Counted from the first letter of the stretch, positions 22,801-37,430 are shown. The stretch: DNA of 64,000 nucleotides from Azolla caroliniana (GCA_043228905.1 JBHGNT010000001.1:25358001-25422000), one strand, 5' to 3'. The notes: a model not told the origin generated them from the sequence alone. Program-made: numbers and translations.

Positions 22801-25800
22801 GGTAATATTTCAAAGGTTGAAATGGTTGTCGCTTATGGTATGGAAATGAAGCTATAAATTGTTAAAGTGCAGTTTGACTTGGTAAAGGCGTATGACCATT
22901 TAAATTGGTCCTTTTGTCAGGCTTGATGACAAAGATGGGATTGAGGACTGGGCTCTTCATTTCATATTATGATCAGCAGTTGAGTTATTCAAACAAGCCA
23001 TAAAGACCTCTGGATGAGTTAGATAAGAATGCCACATGAGTCCCTTATTGTCTGATATTGTCACCCATCCATTTTAGTGATGTTGCAAAACGTGGCAACC
23101 AGTGATAAATTGGGCCTGATTATTTCCTGGAAACCACTGATTGTGCAGGATTTGCTAATTATTCTTATGTGTTATCATGCTCATAAAGACCACATTATTA
23201 AAGTTCTGAAGGTGTGGGATTTATACACTTTCTCCTTCCACTTCAGAACTTAACAGAAAGCCACATGGCAGAGCTTGGATGCGTGGATCAATAATCCATT
23301 CTAGAATAATATGCGACCATTTGGGATAGCCTTTTAGATAAGTGTGTGTACTTAAAATAACAACACAGCCTGAACGTAGAGCAAACATAATATGATCCCA
23401 ATGATTCCCTATTTCTGACTGTTGCTCTGGAAGAAAGTGGCTAGACCAGGGCTGACTTGGGTTCCATAGAGTTAAATTATTACACCAAAAAGAATGGGTT
23501 GAGCCAGCTCTGCTGAATATTATGGAGCACTTGGTGGCCCAAAGATTCTCTCTTTATCAATCCATATGTGAGGGAATGCAACTCCATAAAGATGACATAA
23601 AATTTTCTAATTGAGAAATCTGGTATTTCTCGTGGCAATCAGAGACCATCGAATTTTAATATTTACCATTTCCAAATATTAAGCAGGACACACATGCATC
23701 GATTGGTTCTTTGTGGACCCAAACCCCCTTAGGTATTGGGTTATGGCTTAATTGATGGAAATACAATGCCATCTATTTTATGATCAACCTGCTACTTTGC
23801 AAATTCTTATCTCCACAGTTTCTGAATATTTGTCACCCGATGATGTGCATGTTTATCATTTAATGTCACAGAAATTCCGGGATATCCATCCCTTCATATG
23901 TCATTTGCAATTATGTGTGGCATTAGCAATTGTTACAATATCTTCTGCATTTGAAAATGGTAATTACATTGAAGCGCAGAATTGGTTAAAGATTACGGGA
24001 CGTTCTTCTCCCCTCAGTGAGTGAGGGAAATGTTCATTCAGAAAGTTTGATCCGATTTTTTTGGAGAAGTATACAGGATGTATGCCAGGGTCTAGATCTG
24101 AGAGAGTGAACCGTACGAGTTGAAAGGCTTCCGTACAGTGGTTTGTTGTGAGGGCTAGGGAACAGGGGCCCTCAAATGAAAGGCCACATCCCTATTGATT
24201 TTATTTGTATGAGGTGGCAGAGAAGGAGTCAAAATCAATGGACATTAATGAGCTATCATTGACAGACATTGTACACTTGAATGACACATGTGAATCTATA
24301 TCTACATTGTTGTATAAAACAATCCTATTTGCGAAAAAAGAAGAAAATAAGGGTAAACATTGATGGCATTTTGTAGCATCCATCAGCGATATTATGTGAC
24401 CCATAGTTACCAGTATATGTGGAGGGATTCAAATAATGCATACTCATGCCATAAGTTAGTTCACATAAACCCTGGCTATATTGGGTCTTTATGGGCGCAA
24501 AACCTTTGCTTAAGGTCCATACAAATGAGGTATATTATCAGCTAATACAGAAGACTCTCCACTTATTGAAGTAAGATAGGGGGGAAATACTTGACCTTAA
24601 GGTCATGATTCAAACAATGAAGACTCTCCACTTTTTGACGTAAGATGAGGGAAAATACTTGAACTTAAATTCATGATTCAAACAATGAAGACTCTTCACT
24701 TATTGAAGTAAGATAGGTGGGAACAGATTCATCAGTCTGCCTGAACTTAAATTCATGATTCAATTGATGAAGACTACACTTATTGAAGTCAGTAAATAGG
24801 CTTCCATCATACATTAAAAGTTTTTACCTTCATGCTGAAACCATGTTAATGGAATAGGGAAACTGAGCATTGCATTACAACTTTCACAGGCAATGAGGTC
24901 CACATCCACATTTACCCAGCCTTTTCTGGCACAACTGACAGGATTAGCCAACTGCAAGAAAAAAATTATAATAAGCAATACTTCAGAACATTCTGGAGCT
25001 AGTATTAATCCAGGACAAAACATATATCCCTCAATTATAAAGATAATGGTGTGGAAAATCCCATCAGCTAATGTAAGAAGACCTAAACCAGTGCCCTGCG
25101 GCATTCGCATTTAGCTCCAACTTTGATTGAGAATGCCAAAGTTGATATGTAAATTTAGATAGAAAAAGAGTTTAAGAGGTTTGCCACAGGTAACATATTT
25201 GTATTTGGTAAACCATTGCATGGTTTTACCTAACAGATACTGTAGCATTATAAAGGAAAAACATAAGATTTTTGAACTTGTGACTATATGTAGGGTCTAA
25301 GGCTATTGAATCCTTGTTTTGAGGATGCATGAGTTGATACAAACTGTCCTTTTCCACTATTTTGGGTTACGAGAGAGACCAAGAAGTAACAAGGCAATAA
25401 CCTCTTGTTTGTTAAGAGAGAATGCTTTCTTGCTCAGATTTAGGGGTGTGCAACATTCATATGCTTGTTACATGTTTCAAAATATCATTGCTATTTCTCC
25501 TAATTTGTTGTTCCCCTCACACTTACTCAGACTAAACCCATTGGGTGCTGTGTTACAGTAAACAAAAAGTATTAGCACAATTTTTAACCTTGAGAATTCA
25601 GAAATTAAAACATTGATAATGATTATTAATAAGTTGGCAATAGAAGAACACATTAAATGGACTGCTCAAATTGTACATCAAGGATTACCTCTGGTTTTCC
25701 AAACCAAGTCATAGACTTAAATGTTGCAAGTCGCCTGAAGAGATCTGCTCTATCCCATGGCCTACAGATTCGATGCAACCCAGAATTTGAACTGGTATTT

Positions 25801-26704
25801 AGACGCACAATCTCTGATAATCGAGGACTGGTCTCTTTTTTATTGGAAACTGGAGAAACAAATTTTGTTCCCATATTGACTCCTTTTTTGTCAGAGCCCG
25901 TAATGCTGTTCAAAATAAGTATTACTACATGTATTTGCACAATAAAACAAGAAAAAGTACATAACTATTTCACAGTCTTAGAAAAGATATATCATCTGCC
26001 TAATTTATTAATATAAAAGTCATTGTTGTATGTACTAGTGATTCAGTTGCAGCATCCATGAAAGCTAGAATTGTTGAACTACTGTATTTTGATTAATTTG
26101 CCGATATTTCAGGCACGTCCATGCTATTTAAACAGTCTTCAATCTCCTTCAGCTATTGCCAAACTGATATTTTTCTGTGAGTTATATATGTACGCATTTT
26201 TTTTGAATTTTTTAGTCTCTCGGCAAACTCGTGGTTTTCTTTTTGCAATGGAGTGGAGGAAGGAGAACGTTGACAGAGATGGAAAGGCAATTTTACGTAA
26301 GTGAGAATTAAGCGCCATCATTTCTAGATGACACTATGACGTAATGTAAAAATTGAAGCACAAGGCACTTCCCCATCTCTTTCTCACTCGAGTTTGATCC
26401 TCTCAATCAGCTTGTCTCCATCCCATAAACCATATATCAGTCTTCTTCTGTGGCAGGCGTGTCAAAAATCACTTCCTATGATGCATCGGATACATAAAGA
26501 CTCGCTTCTTCTTTTTAATTCATTCTCATAAGCAACCGTGTTTTCTCTATTTTTCCTTTTTTCCAATTTCAGAACTCTATGAAGAAACGGTTAGATTGTA
26601 GCTCGAAAGGAAGCAGCAAACCTGTGAGGATGCGGCTTGGGTGGAGGAGACGGGAAGAGGCGATCCATGGCTCGCTTCAACCTGCCTTCTGTGTTCTCCT
26701 CCAT
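19827..26704 (-). CDS. C3HC zinc-finger (NIPA/ZC3HC1/Rsm1-like) protein, similar to Arabidopsis At1g48950-type proteins; 7 exons, ~681 aa
   Basis: Exons 26704-26622, 25905-25689, 24951-24828, 21719-21391, 21294-20256, 20168-19987, 19898-19827, all phase-consistent. Motifs: CRPWDRADLFRRLATFKSMTWF, CARKGWVN, CESC, GHKALCPW, CSLCGASVGLW, MEFDPILQHRHFCPW. Confidence 0.92.
22740..24250 (+). mobile_element. Decayed L1-type LINE in intron 3 of the zf-C3HC gene (antisense to the host gene)
   Basis: 22861-22914 translates as VKVQFDLVKAYDHLNWSF, matching the L1 RT motif KLDxxKAYDxVxWxF. Further fragmentary RT-like segments lie downstream. Boundaries are approximate. Confidence 0.65.
24550..24790. repeat. 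Intronic tandem repeat, ~68-bp unit, three copies plus a partial fourth
   Basis: gaagactctccacttattgaagtaagatag...catgattcaaacaat recurs at ~24550, 24619, 24687 and 24769. Confidence 0.85.
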
Positions 26705-26984
26705 GGATACACGCACGCAACAGACAGTGGGAGAGAAGGGTTCGTTCTTGCTGTCTGTGGCCTGCCCTGCTGCTCCTGCTCCAGTCTTCGTTCTTCTGGG
26801 GTTCCTGCAGAAACTGATAGGAAGTGCAAAAAAGCTTAATTCCCAAAAATACCCTTCTCAATTTTCCTTAATTCTCCAGAGGTACCCCCTTGGAGGTCTC
26901 CTTGGTTTTCATTACATACATATTTGAAGGTTTCCATAATGCCTAAGCACTCAATCAAAAATACACGTGGCGTGCTACCATAGG

Positions 26985-27200
26985 CACAAGTGTAGTCTAT
27001 ATTTTCATTTTGCTTTGTGACACTCGTATTTGTGCCGCCCACATGTCAGTCTTTCTCCATGAGCTAGCGACCATGAATATCAAGGCACATTCACACAAGT
27101 GTAGTCTATATTTTCATTTTGTTTCGTGACTCCGAACTAGCATATTTGTGTTGCCCACATGTCGATCTTTGCTCCATAAGCTAGACCGTGAATATCGAGG
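26985..27200. repeat. Diverged tandem duplication, ~109-bp period, upstream of the zf-C3HC gene
   Basis: cacaagtgtagtctatattttcattttg occurs at 26985 and 27094 with continuing similarity. Confidence 0.8.
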
Positions 27201-30160
27201 CGAATTCCCCTGATCTTCCTTTTCAAATTACCATATACCCTCATGAGATTGATTTATTGCTTGATTTATTCATTATAGAAAATACTAAGATACTTAGATC
27301 ATTTATGATAGACAAAGGTACTAAAATATGCTTATATGCATTGAGGTTTAAAATCATATGCTCGCTTATTTCTCAACATGCATGTGTATGCCTAGTTCGA
27401 GTCAGGTTGTTTGATCATGTGGAAATTATGACTTAACGTGTCCTTATACCTTGGAAAAGTTATTTTTATGACAATCCATTTCCAATCAATAGGATTTAAC
27501 CACGAAGTTGTGCTAATTTCTCAACCATTGGACAGTGGGCATACGAAAATGGATGCGTGATCTCATCCATTAAAGTGCCATTTCTTAATCAAGAGAATTA
27601 AAATCTTAAATTATCATCATTACTTCGAGCCAATAACTCAATATGCTAATGAATGGCTCGATTTTCTACCAAGATCAATCAATTGGTAATACATCCTTTT
27701 AACAATTCTAATGTTGACAATGAGACTTGCCTGAAAAAAGAAAGCCAAATCTTAAATGAAATTGTTAATACATTAATGTACTAGAGGAATTTGCACTACC
27801 GTCGTTACTGATAATAGGAGGCATTTGAGCACACCCGTTGGACGTGGGGACACAAAAGCATTACAAAAAACACTATGCTCCCTTGTCTATATTGTTAGAA
27901 AACAACACATTAGGTCTTTAGCCTTTGTACGCATTGTAAGCCATTGGTAAAAGACATTTGATAACAATGAAGATTTATTTCCAATGAGTTTATTCGTCAT
28001 TCTTCTATGACAATACATTGCAAACAACAAATTGTGCCCTTGTTTACTTTTGAGCTTCATCTGTCATTGAACTCCATCACCCCTACACACGGTGTTTCTT
28101 ATTATATGCCTTCATTGTTGTAGAACTATATGTTTTGAACTACAAAGGGCCCTATAGTGATAATAATAACAAAGTACGGGTTGGAGATTTTGTTTGAATA
28201 GCTTTTAACTTTATTATCAAGAATAGTGTTATCGGTTTCTACATTAAATAAATTTTGTAAGTTGTATATTCAATTTGTGTGTGTGCCAATTGCTCAAAAA
28301 AGCAAAGGTTAAGCTCAAAATCAAAGAACAAAGGTCACAAAATATTAAAATGTGATGGTTTAACAAATTCAATGAATTTATTGAGAATGAAGGAATGTGT
28401 ATTGACTTGCAAAAGATAGTTGAACAATTAGTTTGTTTCCATAGTGACCAAAAGGAGGACATCTTAGCCCTCCTCGACAATGTCTCTTAGTAAATGTAAT
28501 AATGTTTAGATTGACTCACTTGGTATGCCTATTGCTTAAGTAGTGACAATGAATCCCCAAAATAATACATTAGTATGTGTTTGGTAAGGTCACCAAATGG
28601 CTATTTTGCATGAAAGCCTTGATTTCCGCATAGAACGATCAAGGTTACTGTGGCAACCAGTCACTAATGATTCCAAGCATAAGAACTATTTTAAACAATC
28701 GAGAAGGTGCACAAAGACCCGTAACCATTTGGTGATTTGACAAGAGAAGCAATGAAGTGTGTAGCACGTACCCCATCCTAGGAAGGCAAAGACAAAAGAT
28801 TTGCATAGCCAAATCTAACTTCAACTCAACGACTCTTGGATGGTGAAGATAAACTAATTTATTGAGTTGAAACTCAAAGCCAGAGAATCCGTAAATAAGG
28901 AAAGCTCATACATTAACAAAGATGGACTATATATAAGTGATGTGTCGTCTCAAAGGCCATATGGTAATAATGGAGGAGTGTTGGAAAGGACATTAGTCAA
29001 AAGTTAAAACAAATTGTCATTTTGACATGATGAGTACAAAACAAATGTTTTGAGAAAGGGTGCAATTATTCACAATGAAAGGAATGACAATAAGATATTG
29101 CGCAGGAAGCTAAAATGGGGTAGGGATATGTTCAAAGAAGTTTAGCAAGAAAAAGAATGGTTGAAGGTCAATCATATATTCACAGGGAGGATCACTCTTG
29201 TGGAACAAGATGAGGTTGTGTTGTGGTGAATTGAAGTATCATTGGGTAGACAACAACCTACAATTGTCCTTCTACATTTATGCAAAATGAACGACTCTAC
29301 ATTCTCCATTAATTTCATCATATCCACGAAACATACATGAAAAACAAAAAAAACATGTCCCATAATCTGATTCACCCAAAAACACAAGCGTGGAAAGTTG
29401 GATGTTGTGTGGTTGATGAAACACAAAATAAAGATGACAAGACAAACAAATAAAGGGTTTATATATAGGAGGTAAATGGGCCAATTTCTCCAAGTTGAAA
29501 TCAACCACTCTCCATTGTCGTGTCCAATGAAGTTGATGTATAATGGTTATGCCTTCTTTTAGTCCATCTAAAGCAAACCACCACCCAATATTGGATACAA
29601 ATTCTTATGCATCATTAATCAAAGTTTTATCATCCATGTAATTGCGCTATCTTTCTCCCGTTGCATGGTCGAAAAGTCATCATCAGGTTTGAACAAAAGG
29701 CATATATATATATATATATGGGGAGATAAAAGCTCTCGAAATCGTAGCGGCCATCGGCGGGCGGTGGCGCTAGCCACCAAGAAAGTAGAGGGCGGTCGGC
29801 ACTTGCCAATGTCCGGGGGCTACAAAGTATTTGGTGTGTCCAGGGATGAGAGGTTGATCGATTGAGCATTACGCTCCGGCAGAGCTTTGGAGGTGTGGAA
29901 ATAAAATAGAAACTCAGACTCCAGTCTAGGATATTTATATATCTATGATCTATCTATCTATCTATCTATAATCGAGTAGTGTATGTGTATGTGTATGTGT
30001 ATGTGTATCATGTATGTGTATGTTTGTGTGTGGTCATCATGATGATAATTTGTGAAGGGGGAGGGAGAAGAAGAGGTTGCATCGGCTCTGCTCTGACGAA
30101 GGGTTTATCCATCAAAGATTTAGGTCTTATCTTCTTCCCTCCTCCTCTCTCGATCCATCC

Positions 30161-33100
30161 ATGGCTCTGTCTTCCTTCTTCCTCCCCCCTGCTCTCAGAC
30201 ACACATCTCGCACTCCATCGCTTCGTGCTGCTGACTTCCGGTAAGTAGACGGCGGTGCTCACCTCTTTGCTACTTTTCTACTCTGTGAGAGAGAATGTTC
30301 CTCCATCATGATACGCAGGAGCGCAAATGCGATAGCTTTGTTGGAAACTTATCCTAGATTTGCCAAATGAATTGCGACGACCTGTATGTCTGATGAAAGA
30401 TGATCTGATATGAGCGATATTGTCTGTGAAGGGAGACTCGAGTGACAGGAACCAGAGGATTGCTGCGTGTGAAATGCAGCAGTGCATCAAGCTCCTTCGG
30501 AAGCACAGCACCTGAAGAAAATCCATATCAGGTATAACGATGTGCTGCTGCCTACGACACAGTTGACCATCCAAAGCATGCATTTTCATGTAGATTCTGA
30601 TACTACCTCATGCGTGTGCTTCCATGTGGTGCAAAATTAATGTCACCTGCCAACAGGTGCTTGGAGTTAGTCCTTTTGAGAGCTTTGATAAAATAAAAGT
30701 TGCATTTACAAAGAAGCAGAAAGATGCAGAGAAAAGAGGGGATGATGCTACATTGTCTCGTGTAGGTATATATGGTTTATTTCTTGTCCTGGAAATTGTT
30801 AATTCTCATTTTAATTCATTAATGAAATCTAGGATGGAATGTTATAACCAACGGATGTGCTGGCATTACTCCATATATTCCTTGGTTTTTATTCACGCTC
30901 CCTCTACTTATATGCGTAGGATTACAGTTTAGCAAGTTTGACCTGTGTAATTAGGGCTCAACAAGGATTTTATTCACAATTCACGGCACCCCATACGTGG
31001 GGTAATAATGTGTTGGATTCTTATAGCTGTAACCTTTTGTCAAAGCTCTCGATATTCATGGTGCTTTGTTGTTTTACTATGTTGGACATGTGGATCCATA
31101 TTTTCAATTAGAAACATCTGATGGATTAATTTATTCCAAGGAATTGACGTGAACTGTGCTGGAAATAGACTGTAGGCAGACTCATAGGAGGTTGAAATTG
31201 TGTATATTCATGGAGGGAGATCCGCCTACAGCCATCATAGTCTCCAATAGTGAATGAATGTATAGATGATCATGGAGAAGATCTAGAGGACGTGCATCTT
31301 GATAGATAGCAAACTTTGGTAATGGCAATCATGTCATCAATTGGGTTGATTTGAAAAAGTCGTCACCAGTTTACATGATTAGATTTCAAAATCCAATAGT
31401 ATTATCTCTAAAGTTTCTTGGACTAATATTTTATTTTCAGAATTTAGTCAGAGAGAGAAAGAGTATTACTAATCAAAATACTTATGATAAGCAATGAACA
31501 TTTAAATTAAGAGAATAATGGTTTAACGGGGCTTAACCACACTGATAAACCATGGACAAAAGACAAGAGAAGAATATAAAATACTGTAAGTGCCGCCAGT
31601 TATTACCTTATCTTATACCATAGAAGTTGAGACTAATGAATCCAAAAGAAGAGAGCTCTTCTCACCGATAAAATCTTGACAACATCTCAAGAGACTATAA
31701 TGAAGGGGGTAGGTAGTCCCCTTTATATAGACCAACTCCAAAGGTTCCCATGTGTCATAGTTCCATATGGGTTTGTCCCAAGTCTTAGGATAACTGGTAT
31801 AATCCGGATTGGAGTGAGATAGGTATAACATGACATGTCATACCTAGAATGCCTCTCCGTCTCGTCATTTCTGAAAATAGAAAATTTCTTTCGAGAGCTA
31901 AAAGAGCCGACATCTACGTAGGATTTAACCTATGGATCTTGTAACTCAATAGCTCGTTTTGACAGAATTGAGGTAGGTATCACAAAACATCAGATCTTTC
32001 TTGTGGGGAAGGTTTATAATTGATCCGACTACTCGATAAAATTCTATGGATTAAGTGAGATATTGCCACCCTACACTTCCATTCTATAAAGCAACTCTTG
32101 GATCACCATAGCATTGAATAACATCAATGTCACTTCCTATCCTTGAATATCATTTTTCTTGCATTGATTCTCAAACATATAATATCTGTTCCAATAGACG
32201 TGAAGTCTAGACTCAGAGCATACGTTTCAGCTAGTTGTTGATGGGACATTGATACCAATATGTTTAAAGCTTTGCACCACTTGTATTGGTTCTCGTTTGT
32301 ATATAAAAGTGGAGTGGTGTTTTAGAGAGAGAGAGATGAATATGCAGATTGAGAAAGCTTATGACAAAATCATGATGGCTCAACTTGCTAATCGGAAACA
32401 AGGTCTCACATTTGGCTCGCTTCAGGTGACATATTTGTTGATTATATGTTCTTGCTAAATGGTGCAATAGAATAATCTAAATCAAAACCCTTGTTGAACA
32501 AGACTTTATTGCAAGTGTTTTGATATTAAAGAACTACCTTAATGAGTTGAAGTAATTTGTTGCTCTCGTTGCTGTCCTATTAATTGATTTGTAAGAGATT
32601 CCATGTCAGTGAGTATCTTTAATTATAGATTCCTAGCAATGGGCCCAGTTCGGTTTCTTTGCCGTGAAACTGAACTGAACCATTTATATAAAACAAAAAC
32701 CAAACCAAACTATTTATGAACTCTCAAGCCATTTAAACCAAACCATTTAAGAAAAGGTAAACCAAACCATTTTAACCCAAACTGTTTAGGGAAAAGTTGA
32801 AACCAAACCGAACTATTTAATAAAAAATTTAAACCTAACCAATTAAGTCAAACTAATTAAAAATCTAAATAAACAAAAATACATTAAATTAAGTAAGCAT
32901 TTAAGAATCAATAAAAAAATCATTAATTAAACCATTAAATTAAATAAGTATTTAAGTTAAATTAATTAAATCAATAAAAAACCATTAAATTAATAAACTA
33001 TTAAGGGGAAAAAAAGTTAACCAAAAACCAATAAACCTTTAAACCACATGATTTAAACCTATAAACTGATAAACCCGAATTTTAGAACCAAACTGAACTG

Positions 33101-36100
33101 AAACTGAACCGTTTATAAAAAATACAAACCAAACCAAACCATTAAACTTTTTTGGAACCAATAAACTGTTAAACCATGGCCTAACGGTTTGGTTCGGTTT
33201 GAGCCGAAACCGGGCCCATAGCTAATAGATTCCTATACATTGTTTTCTATTAACATCTAGTGTCTTACAAATAAGAATATTCGGAATTCCTTCCTTCTTT
33301 AGACATGATAATAAATTATTTCATCTTTGTACCATTCAAAAATCATGTGAGAATCCTATGAAGTTTGCATTTATTGCATGACTGTAATCAAATTATTGTC
33401 ATGAACAATTCTTCGTACTGATCAATGAGGCATATGCTGGATTGCTCAAAAAAGGTTATATAATGTGGCTTAAAATTTTCTATATAGCTTTAGCTTAAAT
33501 GGGAAAATAGGGTACCGTGCCCTTATGGCTGATGTGGAATAAGCCATTTATGACTAGATTACTCAGTAGATTGCTAGGTGAAGTTTTATGGAAATGTGTG
33601 CAATGGCTGCAGCCAAGAATAAAGAAAGAGAATGTAATTATATTAACAAGAACAACAAGATCACAAGAATATGCCGAAGATTGGCGTTGAACCGGATTGG
33701 TTCATCAATGACTAAAGCATCTACATATATAACATTTTTAGCCCCCGCATGCACGTCACATCATATCCATCTTGTTCGCCACTTGAAATTCATGCAAGCA
33801 TGGCATTTGGTGATCATGCATTAGCTTGTGTGAGGTGGGACATCTATATAATATAGTCAAGATAAAGCTTGGATATATATAAAAGAGGTCATGAGTCTCA
33901 AGTCCCCCAATAACCTTTTCATAATGCCAATTGTACAAATTTTCATAACAATGGGTAGCTTAAAAGCAAATTGAAAGAAATCATAAGTACCTGTCTATAT
34001 AACCATGTTATGCTTCTTATATCTAATGTTTTGAATTTTTTAACTTTACCTTCTGATTCTTGTTTTGTATGTCCAGGTCTCAAAAGACATAAGATATGCT
34101 GACAGACAGCCTATTGTTCCTTGGGGACCTAGGTATGTAAAGCAATACACTCAGAAATATTTTTAGAATTGTTAATTTGTATGGTTCATCATCTTATGCA
34201 TAACAAAATGCATTGTTGCAAGAGAAAAATGTAGCAATATGGTATCAAATTTGTTAATGTTTCTAAAAATGTTTCCTATGAAAAGCTTAACTTCTTAGCG
34301 TACATCCCTTTCTTTGGTATATTGGTGAGTGATCTGTCTTTATATTTACAGATATGCACCATCAAGTAAAAATGAGGTTCTCATTAACTTGGCAATTTCA
34401 ACAATATTTGTGAGTTTTTTTTTTCCCTAAATTGGTCATAATATAATGCTTAATCATGGAAAGATTACCTAGAAAAGTGTTTCAATTGCCCTAGAAGGAC
34501 AATGACTACTCAAAACCAAAATTCTTGATTGGTTATGTGAAGACCAGTGTATGCAGATGGAATATAAATGTTCAACTATTTGAGATGAAATTAATTGATG
34601 CTTCATTTTTCTTCAAAGCTTTCATTTATTAACCAAAACATGATTTATTAATATGAGGTTGGATTGAAGGGGGGCAGACATCATAGATGTTGTTTTTGAA
34701 AACCACCCCTCTGTTTTCAGACTTCCATTTAGGTTAATGTGGAAAGTCATTCTTGACGTTGGGATGCAGGTCTTAGAGTCTCAAGCATGCCAGGTGTAAT
34801 GTACTAACGACATGGGGCATGCATGTAGGAATGGTATATAAATATTAACTGAAAGCATGTCATGTATACATCGTATGATGGTACAATTGTACTTTTGGAA
34901 GTTGGGACAATTGTTCTAGTATGGTGAAATCTTAGCTTATTAATGCTATGCTAACTATTATCTTTAGCTTCTCTTTTAAATTATGATACTGCAATCAGCT
35001 TAATCCTTTGTATGTTTGTGAGTCTTGAAACCCTACCGAGACTTGAATCTGATTGTTAAAAATCTTGGGGTTGCACTGATTGATTGATCCCCAAACCAGT
35101 GAAAGACACCTACAGCACAGAAAACATAGAGGATCTGAGACATACCAGTTGTCTCTATTGGGTTTGGCATAAAGCCATTCATTGTAAAGAGTAGTTATAG
35201 TAATGTCGGCAGAGATTATGTAAAAGACAGTCACTGGACAATAAATTCTTCCCATAAGTAGACACCTACATTACTCTGTTTGTTTTGACTCTGGCAACCT
35301 CATCTTTCTCATAGTTAAATGAGTATATATATTCTGAAACGACTCTTTGTGAAGTCCAGTTATGAAATAGTCTTTCTTTGTGATGTTCTGGGAAGATTCT
35401 TTTGTTGGGAGTCAAGCATATTTGTGAAGTAAAGTGTGTGAACTGTGTTTTTTCCAGGGAATTTGGATTATATGTACTCAGTCAGCAGAATGGAAGCCAT
35501 TGCAGTTTCTAATATTTGGCTATATGTGGCGTATATTCCACAAATTAAAAGACTACGAACCACCTGAGACCCCCGTCTTCAGTGTATCTCATTACTACAT
35601 TCTCCTCACATATTTGATATTAGGTTACAATGTCTTACCTTATGGTTGTGTAATTATTATTCTTTTCTATTACTTTGACAGGAAGAAGAGGATCCAGGAA
35701 AACGTAGCAATAATAGTGGCAAACGCCTTCTTCGTACTCTTGGTCTTGTCTTTGGTTGTGTAGCTGTCTCATCACTGGTAATATTCTTGCTTTGCTAACG
35801 ATTATGCATATCTGAAATCTTAAAACTTTTTTCAATTTATTGTCTTTGAAGCTTTATAGAAATATATTAAACTTTAAGCCTTACGAGTCTGTATTCAATG
35901 TGATTGTTTGAATGAATGCAGGGATATACTGGACTCTTGAATGTGATTGAATTCGTAGGAAAGTTTATTCCAAAATTTTTGATTAGTGGGCAGGTAAGTG
36001 TTGACTGAGAATTAAATGTTTTTTCATACTAATTCTCTTTTGACTTGAACAAAATGTTTGGCTATCTAATGGGCTATATTTTTATTTTGATCCTTGCAGG

Positions 36101-36162
36101 AGCTTATTGTAACTGTAGTGACCTCAATTTTGCTTTTCTTCATGGGATCATATTATCGATAG
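30161..36162 (+). CDS. CJD1: Chloroplast J-like domain 1 (CJD1; CPP1-like family), 10 exons, ~277 aa
   Basis: Exons 30161-30240, 30432-30531, 30657-30761, 32348-32425, 34077-34132, 34352-34409, 35458-35583, 35682-35777, 35922-35993, 36100-36162. Motifs: NPYQVLGVSP, EKAYDKIMMAQL, VSKDIRYADRQPIVPWGPR, KPLQF, GKRLLRTLGLVFG, GSYYR*. N-terminus is transit-peptide-like. The exon 2 acceptor is the least certain. Confidence 0.93.
31585..31840 (-). mobile_element. Possible small solo LTR in CJD1 intron 3
   Basis: Starts TGTAAG and ends near TGACA/TGTCA, with a TATA-like ctatataaaggg on minus. The TSD is not clean. Confidence 0.35.
32634..33224. mobile_element. MITE with 13-bp TIRs and AAACC-rich subtermini in CJD1 intron 4
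   Basis: TIRs tagcaatgggccc / gggcccatagcta. Flanking direct repeat atagattcc at 32625-32633 and 33225-33233. Confidence 0.9.
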
Positions 36163-37069
36163 GACCTTGCAAAGATGTATAAAGTCTAGAAGTAATTTTT
36201 GTAGGTTTCCTCCTGTAATGAAAATCAACAAGAGTACCTAGGTTCTTCTATCTATCAAGTAAACCACCATATATCTGGATATTCTAGCAGGATTGGAAAT
36301 ATTCATCAAACCCGGTACCAATCTTGGATTCAGCTGGTATTGTGTACAATTGTTTCTTTCTCATTGAGTTTGTTACACTACATTCGATTATACATTTTGA
36401 TAACCTCTCGTGAGTGGTAAAAAGCTTTTAATAGAACTATTTTTTTCATCTGGGAGTAGTGCTCATGAGTCACAAATGCAGCAAGCATGTGTTATTTGAG
36501 TTAAATTGGGAAGTGCATATATATAATGGAGTTTTTTCAGTCATGAAACTAGGTTTCAAATGTGCTGTTAGCATCCAACGAGTAGAATTTTTTTCAGCAA
36601 TTGCCTTGGCTTTGCTACCCGGGAGTTTCTGTACTATTTGCCATCCATGCAACTTTGTAGGCCAATGTGTACACTAAAGCAAGTTTTAATTACTAAATAA
36701 GAATGTGACTAGCTTATTGAGTTCATTTACAATTATCCGGGAGAATGTCCTAAACACATAATAATAAACACTTTGCCTTAATTCGTACCCATTGGGAATT
36801 CCTTGAACATGGGGTATATCTTGTTCATATGATTTTCAATAAGATATTATATCATAATTATATTTCTAAAATTTAATCACATTGGTTCGTTATTTCACGT
36901 GTGTTAACGACATATTTCCAAACCTTTATCATACATGTAATGTGTTCTATATTTGATTAAATCCCCTACCCTCTCCTCCTCTCTCTAAATTTTGGTGAAA
37001 TGTGTGGAGAGTTATGGTGACTTAACTTTTATGCACTTGTCTATACATTGTAAGAACTTATATTAGCAA

Positions 37070-37430
37070 TCAAACGTTGAGAAGATAATGTGTTATGGAG
37101 AAATTAAACGTTGGGTTCTTAAAAAGTACATTTTTGACACTTTGGCACTAGTGATTCTCTACAAGGTGAAAGTAAGTGGTGGTACATGCCTAAGTTCAAA
37201 TGGAAATAGTTTAAAAAATGTTCAAAGGCATGTTTTTACAAAGTTTCTCCAATTCAAGAAACAAACACCATACACCCTTCCATTTCTTGAAATGGGATCA
37301 TTTCCTATTAAGATGATGGCCATGAAAAGGTTTGTCGAATGTATGCTTAAGGTTGAAAGAAGTCCCCATGTCGCCTTCCTTGAAATGGGAAGCAAGCAAA
37401 AAGATCCGAAAGACATATGAAAGCAAAATT
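37070..37430 (+). mobile_element. RTE/RTEX-like LINE fragment
   Basis: FDTLALVILYKVKVSGG...LKNVQRHVF...TPYTLPFLEMGSFPIK is similar to the post-RT region of the LINE at 18100-18500. Confidence 0.6.

Noticed and set aside
24550-24790. Repeat array as CRISPR-like
   Set aside because: Units are contiguous with no unique spacers, in a eukaryotic intron with no cas genes.
27770-27860. Possible Helitron 3' end (CTAG-T on minus)
   Set aside because: No convincing subterminal hairpin and no matching 5' end.
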